Origin: a virus
Virus record (IMG/VR): IMGVR_UViG_3300009008_000029
Span: 11,784 to 75,783 of that record
Reading direction: 5' to 3' (one strand)
Length of the DNA stretch: 64,000 nucleotides
The position numbers and the translations under genes were made by a program. Below are positions 56,614 through 64,000 of the stretch, one piece after another; position 1 is the first letter of the stretch; each line of letters starts with the position of its first letter. The notes below the pieces were generated by a model that saw nothing but the letters and a program-made list of their open reading frames with translations, ran no database searches and was not told the DNA's origin.

Positions 56614-59600
56614 ATGGCTCTTGACTATGGAGACGGAGTATCCCGGACGCTGGCTGCCGCCCAACGACAGTACGGGCTGGTTGTCTGGCAAAAAAACAAA
56701 CCCCCGCTGGATAGCGAACTGAACTTGATGTCACAGGCATCTTGGGATGCGTTGCGTCAGGCTGTCAATGCGGGTGCGCCGTCGGGTTTCTTCATGGACC
56801 CGGCTCGCAGTCTCAACGACTATTTGTTCGACCCCAACTGGTCGAACTTCTTTTCGTTTGGGAATCCCCGCACTCCTATCTGTGAGGGTGAGTCCGCTGA
56901 GTCGGTAGCTCCGGTATGGGCCTCCGTCAATGGTTGGATTCTTCCTATCGCTGGCTCCAATGTCAGCACCGAGGGTGATCTACGGAATCTCATCAAGCTC
57001 TACCCGCCCCCGGACACGGATGCACGGATCGATTTCGTGTTCTTGGAGGCATGGGCAACACTGGTCAAGCCGAATCCGTCCACCACGAACAAGCCAAGTG
57101 CCTCTACCATCTACAAGTACGGGAACGTCGAGTACGGCGGAACCAATATCGCTGATGACATCGAAGACCCCACCGTAGGGATGGAAACGACGGCACGAGT
57201 TCAGATTCAGTACCGCCTCCGAATTTACGGGCAGGGTGCTGGTTTGGGTGCGGGCGTCACTTTGGATGTGTATCCCGAAGGGCTGGATGACCCCAATGTT
57301 CTGGGTCAAGGGACAGCTTCGTCACCCGTTGCGGGTGTCACCTTCTCCAACATGCGTGAGGAACTGGGCGACCCCGGTCTCTGGCGTGCTGGTTCCGGCG
57401 ACCCCAACAACGACCTTGGCACGATTGACGGTTATGTCTACGCCATTCCCATTTGTGCGATCTTCCGGCGTTCCAGTGAAGCCTATGTTGCGGTTGAAGA
57501 GGCTGGCGCACCCAGTCACAACGGCGGAAAAGACCGTACACCCAGTACGACGGCACCGAGCGGGGCAGCGATTCTGACTACCGCAACATTGACTTCGGCG
57601 TTGAGTGCCTCAACAGCAGTGCTGGCCGAAGCGGATATCTCCGTCACCAATCTGGTTGGGTCCGGGTTCGATGATGAGAGCCATACGATGGCCAGCACCT
57701 TCATGGTCATTGGCAACGAGATTATCGGGATGAGTGCCGTAGATACGGTAGGTGGCACCATTACAATCCCAGCAGCGGGCCGTGGACGCTACGGAACGGC
57801 TGCTGCGGGTCATGCTGCGGGTGCCACCATCACATTCTACAACACCTGTCCTGACGGCCTCTATTCGGACCAGATTGCCGAGCAAGACCTTCTGGACCTC
57901 CGCCACGCCGTAACACCGGGTGAGTGGGATTACGGTCGGTTGCTGGAGCACAATGTTGCGGCTCTGTTGAAGGGCGAGTTGCGGTCCACGTGGAAGGGGG
58001 CTGCCGAGGGAGACACGCAGGGTGTTGACGTACATGAGGTCACCTACCTCTACAGTGACGGTTCGGTAGATGAACCCAGCGGCACGGAACCTGCGGACGG
58101 CCCGGATGGGATTCGTACCGTCTGGTCCGATGCGGCAACGATTCAGCCAGATGTGACGATCCTGTTGGATAACACTGCACCCACAGACAACAATCAGGTT
58201 GGGTTGACCAATGCCAACACTTTTACGTCCGGGGCTGGTTATGCTTGGGACGTAGGAGCCGGGTTCTACCCCAGCGGGTACTTGAATCTGGCAGCGGGAG
58301 AGACCGCACGGTTCACCAACGGTTCGACCATCCTTCTGTTCCTTGGTGGGGCCGATGGTACTGGTGGGGCGAGGGCTACCTTCAGGGATGGCACCACAAG
58401 GGCCGTAAGAGCCGTCATGCCGCCGGAGTACTGGAAATCCGGGTATCCCATCGTAGACCCGACAAACGGCAACCAGCACCCCGTTAGCTTGCGTTTCCTG
58501 ACCGAGCGGGCGTTGGAGGCCGTACCCACGGATTTGGAGACGACCTTCTCGGACCGGCATCCCGGTCCGATGTACCCTTGGCGGGAACACAACTTTGAGA
58601 AGCCCTTTATCGTGCTGGGCGGAATCCTGTCATCGGAACTCAAGAAGGCTATTGCCGCCACAGGGCTGTCATCTTCCGGGACGGTGCATGAGATCAATCT
58701 GGGCATCAATTTCGATACCGATGGGGTCTATTTCACCAAGGACGCCAACGGGGATTTCGTAGGCGACCCGACTCAGATCACCAACCCCCTCCTCCGGGGT
58801 CAACGTACCTTGTTTGATATGTTGACAAGGGGTGGGGAAGACCGGACGGGTAATTCCTCCGAAGTCTATGTCGTCTTGTACGGGGACAACGCTGACCGCA
58901 ACAACAACGGGGCATTCAAGGTTATCGGTGCTGGTTTGACGGCGGGGTACACCAACAACGCAGCCTCGGCAGCCACCTCGATTCGTGTCGTGTCCTTGTG
59001 CCCTGAGTTCACTGGCTTTGACGATGCTACCGGGAACACGGTTACGGTTGAGTTCCGGTCACAGTATCACAACTCGGATGACACCTCTTCGTACAACGCC
59101 AAGGTTGCGGATATGGCCATTGTCCTGACGGACATTGGTGGTTTGACCGATCATCCTTGGAAGCGGACGACTCTGGGTTACAATGCGGTTCCGCCGGACA
59201 ACTACGACGTGTCCATGCCCTTCTACCCGGATGAGAATGGGCACGCTTCGGTTCCGTCCAAGATGCTGATCAACATGACCCTGATGTACCACCCCGGACG
59301 GGGTGGGACAGTCAGAGTGCCGGGCGAGATTGTCCGGTTCGCCATGAAGGGCGGCTTGGAAGAGGACGAGGGGGCTTACCTCCGTCAGTCCCCCGCTGCT
59401 ATTGACTCCACCTTCTCGGCTGTCACGGGCGCACCGGACGATGAGACATTCTGGGATGCCGCCCACGTCCAGTTGTGGAACCGCCTACCCTCGTTGGGCT
59501 GGCACGCTCCGTTGGCCACTGATTATGGTGGCAATGTTGTAGGGTACACCGAGATTGATCGAGAGCACGAGTTGCTCATCGACCGTGGTTCCAAGACGGT

Positions 59601-62600
59601 TCTGTTCCGGCCTTTCCGGGATCGCCAGATGACCCTACAGGCAATGTCGTGGAATGCCGAGGGGGTTCTGAGCGGGACCAACTGCCTCTTGGGTTCTTAC
59701 GAGTACCTGAACACCAATGACAAAGACGCTTTGCGGATGTGGACTGGCACCTCCGGTATTGATCAAGGTGGTACGGGCAAGCAGATGGGTTTCCCGGTTC
59801 CACGGGAGTTCATGCCCCGATTCGGTCGTCAGGATATCCCCTACTATGTTGACACCTCGGATGGTGCGGGTCCGTTCCTTCCCGGTATCAACCACTTGTT
59901 CCGGGATGCTTCCAATTCGGCCTCCCCGGTATTCCAACTTATCGGTGGAGATCCGGTAGCCTCTGGTGAACCGGGCGTCAACTCGATGCTCTTTGCCACC
60001 GGCGGGGTCGGGGAACTGACCCCAGTGTATGGCAAAAACGACACGATGCCCGCCGAGATCAATGAAAAGGCATTCATCTGGGCACGGCGGACCGGTGACA
60101 TTGATTCTGAGGTTGAGTACGCCCCGGCTATCATTGCCAGCTTGAAGGCGGTCAACTCTTCGGACTTCGGCAAGGGTCTGTCTGGAATCCAGTTGCCTCC
60201 CTACTACGGTATCGCCCGTCTATACGGGGTCTATGATGCCCGTGATTACGACACCAAGGGCGGTCGGACCTTCAAATCGAACCGGTATGAAGTAGATGAT
60301 GATCCGGCACCGAACCTGATCCGTGAGGATGCGGACCAGCAGACCTTGTTCATTCTGCAAGACGGGGCCAAGGATGCTACCGGTGAGGACGGAGACCACA
60401 CCTACCTCATCCCCTACAACGTGTTGGACATCACCCGTGCCTTGAACTACGAGGCGGGGGACGAACCTGCGGACTATCAGTACGTTGTTGAGTGCGTTGT
60501 TTTCGGGTTTGCACAGGGCTTCATCAACGAGAACAATCTGGTCGTCGTGAGGAAGTTCGGCGGCACCGGGCTGGCTATTGACGGCGGCACCGATGGCAAC
60601 CAAGACGGCGACGATGCTGAACTTGAGGGCGTCCACATGGTCTTGCCTTGTGCGGCGGGATATCATGACCAGTGTTACGCTGCCTACAACCGGACTGTGT
60701 ATCAGGGTGACCCCTACATGAGCCGGGGCGGAGCCAAGGCTGACTCGGACTACGAACACCGCTACGGTCAGTTGTCCATTGCGGCTCAGTACGCAATGCG
60801 GATGCCCATTGAGCAGTATGATGCCAGCGGTGACTTCGTCCCCCAGATTCCCAACCCCAAGACCTTTGAGGTTCTGGCCTCGATGGATTTCTTCACGACG
60901 ATGGGGACCGGGAAGATCGGTGGTCAGTTGTATGCGGGCACTCCGCTGGACGTTGGATACACGCAGGACACCGCCAAATCCTCTATCCGGTCGATGAACG
61001 AAACGGACGTGGGGTGGCGGATCGAGCCACGGGCTTTCACCGAGGGGCAGAAGACCAACACCTCCCGTGCTGGTTTGACACTGGAACTCGTAGACAACGA
61101 CGGATTGAACCCCGCTGACGGTGACAACGCCATCATCAGGGTTGGTTTGCTGGATGACACCGTACTGGACCTCTATGCTTGCAAGACCGAGTACCAGTCA
61201 GCCCTCATCGCCGGGGGTGTACCTGCGGCGGACATCTTCACCGTTGACGTAACCAAAACGGTCCGGGAACTGACAACCTCCTATACCTTCAGTGAGGCGA
61301 CCGAGGTTGCACCCGGTTCCTCTGAACTGTTCACCACCATGTTGATCGAGGATGCCGCACTTGGTGACGCCGTTGTTGTCAATTTCGATGGTGAGGCGAT
61401 GCCGCCCATCATTGCACAGGGTTGGGTTGATGCCGCCGGGTCGGTGAAGGTTCTGTTCACCAACACATGGCCCACGATGCCCTTTGCAATCGATTCCGTA
61501 GCAAACGCCATTCAGACGGTCACGTTGGGTGGTGCTGCACAAGAGGTTGGAGCACACGCCACCATGACCTATCAGACGGGTGTGGCCTTCACGGGTGCGG
61601 ACACTGCGGAAGTGCAGCAGTACGTCGTACAGACGCTGGCTGGCGGTGACATTGACGGGATTGTCTGGCGTGCGGTTGCTTCTGACGCCGACGAGATCAC
61701 TATCTATGCAACCAACACTACAGCGACACCTATCACGGTGGAGGCCGCACTTGAGCTTCAGGTTGCGTTGCTGGAGGAGACCGTTGCCGCAGATCACACC
61801 TATGACCTGAACGGGACGGTTCTGTACATCAAGGTCATCAAGACGGACATCTCTACCGGACTGCCGGAACGGACCGCCGACAATCTGGCGACCTTGATCA
61901 ATGGCCACGCCAGCTTGACCCGGTCCCTGCGTGCCTCGGCGAACGGGAATGTTGTGACCCTTTCAGCAGTTCCCGTTGGAGCCGAGGGCAACGGAATCAA
62001 CATTGCGGTACGCCACACGGGGACCACACCTGATATTCAGGACGTGATCCACCTCATCAAGCCGTTCTTCAACGTATTCCTGAACCCGGACACGACCAGT
62101 TGCAACCTGTTCGGTGGGGAGGATATCCCTGTCAATGCGGGCGATGGCACCAGTCAGATTCGATTGACGGGTATGACGGAACGATTGCCGATGGGTGCCT
62201 TGCTGCAAGATTCCGATTTCTTGTGCGAGAATATCCTCGGTGACGATGCGACGGCGGTCAAGACGAGTCCAACGGGGCCACAGCCTCTCCAGACTGTCAT
62301 GCCTATGACGGTTGACGGGGGTGAGTTCTCCCGGTTCTTTGGAAACCCCGGCGAGTTGGTTGTTCTTGCCGACGGTTCAATCTCGGTAACGAGCTTTGCG
62401 GCATGGCGTCAGGTTCCTGAAGGTGGTGGTGGTCCTACAGGTTCCCGCAAGTTCCGGTTGTACCGGGGCGGCGGCTCGGCGTTCTTGCTGTCCGGGGACC
62501 ATCCGGGTGGCCCGTTGGACTGGGTTTCTGAGAGTTTCCCCAAGTCGTTGACGCCTGTTTTGAAGGGTGGCGTGTTGTCCTGCAAGGCATTGCTGGTACG

Positions 62601-62886
62601 CAACTTCCGGGAGGACAAGACCCCCGATGCTGGTGCGGTCAAGGTTTCCGAGGGCGATGAGATCCAGATGGTTGTGTTGACTCGTGCCCTCCTCGGCGAC
62701 GGCTCTGTGACGGATGAGGGTTTGTCTCTGGGCGGAACTATCTCACCTTCCGGGTATGGTGAAGGGTGGGCCGCAGCGGATCGATACCGGTTAGCGGGTA
62801 AGCCTTTGTACAAGGGCTTCAACCGTGAAGTGCCGGACCCGACGGCTGTTGAACTGGTTGTGTACCCCGATGAGCAGAGGCCATAA
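56614..62886 (+). CDS. Tail fibre / fibre-network protein, paralogue B (2090 aa)
   Basis: RBS AGGAG. Blocks VWQKNKPPLDSELN, RIDFVFLEAW, ETTARVQIQYRLR, DGYVYAIPIC and PDGLYSD...DLR are shared with 42984..46541. Confidence 0.65.
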   Translation: MALDYGDGVSRTLAAAQRQYGLVVWQKNKPPLDSELNLMSQASWDALRQAVNAGAPSGFFMDPARSLNDYLFDPNWSNFFSFGNPRTPICEGESAESVAPVWASVNGWILPIAGSNVSTEGDLRNLIKLYPPPDTDARIDFVFLEAWATLVKPNPSTTNKPSASTIYKYGNVEYGGTNIADDIEDPTVGMETTARVQIQYRLRIYGQGAGLGAGVTLDVYPEGLDDPNVLGQGTASSPVAGVTFSNMREELGDPGLWRAGSGDPNNDLGTIDGYVYAIPICAIFRRSSEAYVAVEEAGAPSHNGGKDRTPSTTAPSGAAILTTATLTSALSASTAVLAEADISVTNLVGSGFDDESHTMASTFMVIGNEIIGMSAVDTVGGTITIPAAGRGRYGTAAAGHAAGATITFYNTCPDGLYSDQIAEQDLLDLRHAVTPGEWDYGRLLEHNVAALLKGELRSTWKGAAEGDTQGVDVHEVTYLYSDGSVDEPSGTEPADGPDGIRTVWSDAATIQPDVTILLDNTAPTDNNQVGLTNANTFTSGAGYAWDVGAGFYPSGYLNLAAGETARFTNGSTILLFLGGADGTGGARATFRDGTTRAVRAVMPPEYWKSGYPIVDPTNGNQHPVSLRFLTERALEAVPTDLETTFSDRHPGPMYPWREHNFEKPFIVLGGILSSELKKAIAATGLSSSGTVHEINLGINFDTDGVYFTKDANGDFVGDPTQITNPLLRGQRTLFDMLTRGGEDRTGNSSEVYVVLYGDNADRNNNGAFKVIGAGLTAGYTNNAASAATSIRVVSLCPEFTGFDDATGNTVTVEFRSQYHNSDDTSSYNAKVADMAIVLTDIGGLTDHPWKRTTLGYNAVPPDNYDVSMPFYPDENGHASVPSKMLINMTLMYHPGRGGTVRVPGEIVRFAMKGGLEEDEGAYLRQSPAAIDSTFSAVTGAPDDETFWDAAHVQLWNRLPSLGWHAPLATDYGGNVVGYTEIDREHELLIDRGSKTVLFRPFRDRQMTLQAMSWNAEGVLSGTNCLLGSYEYLNTNDKDALRMWTGTSGIDQGGTGKQMGFPVPREFMPRFGRQDIPYYVDTSDGAGPFLPGINHLFRDASNSASPVFQLIGGDPVASGEPGVNSMLFATGGVGELTPVYGKNDTMPAEINEKAFIWARRTGDIDSEVEYAPAIIASLKAVNSSDFGKGLSGIQLPPYYGIARLYGVYDARDYDTKGGRTFKSNRYEVDDDPAPNLIREDADQQTLFILQDGAKDATGEDGDHTYLIPYNVLDITRALNYEAGDEPADYQYVVECVVFGFAQGFINENNLVVVRKFGGTGLAIDGGTDGNQDGDDAELEGVHMVLPCAAGYHDQCYAAYNRTVYQGDPYMSRGGAKADSDYEHRYGQLSIAAQYAMRMPIEQYDASGDFVPQIPNPKTFEVLASMDFFTTMGTGKIGGQLYAGTPLDVGYTQDTAKSSIRSMNETDVGWRIEPRAFTEGQKTNTSRAGLTLELVDNDGLNPADGDNAIIRVGLLDDTVLDLYACKTEYQSALIAGGVPAADIFTVDVTKTVRELTTSYTFSEATEVAPGSSELFTTMLIEDAALGDAVVVNFDGEAMPPIIAQGWVDAAGSVKVLFTNTWPTMPFAIDSVANAIQTVTLGGAAQEVGAHATMTYQTGVAFTGADTAEVQQYVVQTLAGGDIDGIVWRAVASDADEITIYATNTTATPITVEAALELQVALLEETVAADHTYDLNGTVLYIKVIKTDISTGLPERTADNLATLINGHASLTRSLRASANGNVVTLSAVPVGAEGNGINIAVRHTGTTPDIQDVIHLIKPFFNVFLNPDTTSCNLFGGEDIPVNAGDGTSQIRLTGMTERLPMGALLQDSDFLCENILGDDATAVKTSPTGPQPLQTVMPMTVDGGEFSRFFGNPGELVVLADGSISVTSFAAWRQVPEGGGGPTGSRKFRLYRGGGSAFLLSGDHPGGPLDWVSESFPKSLTPVLKGGVLSCKALLVRNFREDKTPDAGAVKVSEGDEIQMVVLTRALLGDGSVTDEGLSLGGTISPSGYGEGWAAADRYRLAGKPLYKGFNREVPDPTAVELVVYPDEQRP

Positions 62887-63224
62887 TGCCATTCGTTCGG
62901 ACAGAAGACATTGACCCCAAGGTTCGCCAACGGCATATCACTCGCCGTAAGCAGCAACTCCGGGAGTCGTTGGGTAATCCGGGACTGACCGCCGAACAGC
63001 GGGAACGTATCCAAGAAGAGATTCGGGGGTTGGGGGGCCGCAAGGTCTACAGTGCGGATAGCCCACCCCGTCCGGGTGCAATGTCATTCCCCTACCAAAT
63101 TCCTTCTGAGGAAGTTCTGAGCAAGATGTTGAAGGGCGACCTCATGGAGGCTGCGTTAAAGGCTGGTGTCTCACCTGAAGGCACGAAAGCCGACATCAAG
63201 GAGCGGTTGAACGCTGCTCGATAG
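62886..63224 (+). CDS. Small basic protein with C-terminal SAP/HeH-like nucleic-acid-binding motif
   Basis: LSKMLKGDLMEAALKAGVSPEGTKADIKERL fits the SAP consensus (L..L...EL...L...GL...G.K.DL..RL). TAATG overlap. Confidence 0.65.
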   Translation: MPFVRTEDIDPKVRQRHITRRKQQLRESLGNPGLTAEQRERIQEEIRGLGGRKVYSADSPPRPGAMSFPYQIPSEEVLSKMLKGDLMEAALKAGVSPEGTKADIKERLNAAR

Positions 63225-63238
63225 CGAAGGAGGAGAGT

Positions 63239-64000
63239 ATGAGGTTCAAGATTCTGTTGTTGACGTGTGCGTTTCTCATGGTGGCATCCCCGCTGATGGC
63301 GGAGGACGTCCAACTGGCACCGGAAAAGGTTGATGTTCTGGAGAAGGCCGAGGTTCCGACCGCAGCAGAGGCTCCGGCCCCCATTGCCGAGGAAGCACCA
63401 GTAGTCGAGCCAGAAAAGGATGCGAAGCCGGAAGAGGAACCCAAGGATGTAGTGGACAAGCCTATTGTCCCGACCGAAGAGGCTCCCACACCAGAGGCCA
63501 AAGAGGAACCGGTAGTTGAGGAAGCCAAGGAAGAGCCGGTGGCCGAAAAGCCCAAGGAAGAGGCACTGGTAATTGAAGAGGCTCCTGCCGAGGAACCCAA
63601 GCTGGAAGAGGCCGTGATTGAAGAGGCCAAGCCGGAGGTGCCAACTGAGATCAAGACGGATGCCGAAATGGGTGAGGCACTTGGAATGGTCATCGACATG
63701 GCCAAGCAAGGGAAATGGATGGTCGCTATTGGTCTCTTGCTCATGATTCTGGTCTATGCCGCCCGACGTTTCAAGCTGCTGGCTTTGGCCCCCAAGAAGG
63801 CGATCCCTTGGATCACCCTCGGTTTGGGTCTCACCACCTCGGTAGCAATGGCTTTGATCACCGAGCACGGTTGGATGGCATCACTGTTCACCGGGATTGG
63901 TGGGTCGGTAGGGAGTATCGGTCTGTGGGAACTGTTGGGTAAGCACTTCCTGGGTCTCCCCGAATCCAACGATGACAAGGCGGAAGAGCCTTCGGATTCG
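63239..64000 (+). CDS. Partial gene (runs off window): signal peptide + Glu/Pro-rich linker + 3-TM holin-like domain
   Basis: Not in the ORF track because there is no stop. AGGAGG at 63228-63233, ATG 63239, open for 254 codons: MRFKILLLTCAFLMVASPLMA-EDVQ...WMVAIGLLLMILVYAA..KKAIPWITLGLGLTTSVAMALI..WMASLFTGIGGSVGSIGLWELLGK. Confidence 0.75.
   Translation, partial: MRFKILLLTCAFLMVASPLMAEDVQLAPEKVDVLEKAEVPTAAEAPAPIAEEAPVVEPEKDAKPEEEPKDVVDKPIVPTEEAPTPEAKEEPVVEEAKEEPVAEKPKEEALVIEEAPAEEPKLEEAVIEEAKPEVPTEIKTDAEMGEALGMVIDMAKQGKWMVAIGLLLMILVYAARRFKLLALAPKKAIPWITLGLGLTTSVAMALITEHGWMASLFTGIGGSVGSIGLWELLGKHFLGLPESNDDKAEEPSDS
63490..63645 (+). repeat. Degenerate ~9-aa Glu/Lys/Pro coding repeats
   Basis: EAKEEPVVE EAKEEPVAE KPKEEALVI EEAPAEEPKL EEAVIEEAKPE in the 63239 frame. 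Confidence 0.6.

Noticed and set aside
16349-56616. TAG recoding or readthrough, since four TAG stops (16351, 31765, 32977, 56604) are in frame with the next gene
   Set aside because: The other four TAG stops are out of frame, so 4 of 8 is compatible with chance. Multi-kilobase ORFs contain no internal TAG, which argues against genetic code 15. Occasional readthrough cannot be excluded without proteomics.
42984-62886. Diversity-generating retroelement or invertible fibre cassette
   Set aside because: No reverse transcriptase, recombinase, near-identical TR/VR pair or inverted repeats were seen. Paralogy is at protein level only. A TR elsewhere in the genome cannot be excluded.
246-63978. Numerous minus-strand and alternate-frame ORFs up to 326 aa (e.g. 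57610-58590, 53237-54040, 20819-21616, 63092-63868)
   Set aside because: They overlap long plus-strand genes, lack recognisable motifs, and are the expected shadow of GC-rich codon usage.
234-64000. Classical eCIS/T6SS locus with toxin cargo
   Set aside because: No AAA+ ATPase, Afp16-like terminator, membrane complex or recognisable toxin/immunity pair is in the window. The multiple fibres, tailspike and holin-like gene favour a phage, but flanking sequence is needed to settle it.
1-64000. tRNA, rRNA, CRISPR array, IS elements, introns or inteins
   Set aside because: Non-coding space is minimal, no regularly spaced repeats were seen, and no transposase, homing-endonuclease or intein splice motifs were noticed by eye.

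Overview
The window is one co-oriented (+ strand), almost gap-free block of 24 genes (234 to beyond 64000). Bacterial Shine-Dalgarno sites and eight 1-nt TAATG/TGATG stop-start overlaps link the genes. Gene order and motifs match the tail-tip module of a very large contractile-tailed (myovirus-type, probably jumbo) phage. In order: two chaperone-like genes, a tape measure, two paralogous tube-initiator-like genes, a hub with an inserted M15-type Zn-peptidase, a gp5/VgrG-like spike, a small three-repeat protein, a 3790-aa protein, three helical proteins, gp25-like, baseplate J-like and gpI/gp7-like wedge proteins, a tail-collar-like protein, four 1.2-2.1 kaa fibre/spike proteins (one with a long beta-helix), a SAP-motif protein and a truncated signal-peptide + holin-like gene missing from the ORF track. 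No capsid, portal, terminase, sheath or tube gene is recognisable, so a capsid-less contractile injection system cannot be formally excluded. The most notable non-coding signals are a shared CGGT-N4-CGYCTAT-N12-GTAG hairpin motif in the only two sizeable internal intergenic gaps, and a structured, repeat-bearing 5' leader. All family assignments come from motif recognition by eye and gene order, not from database searches.
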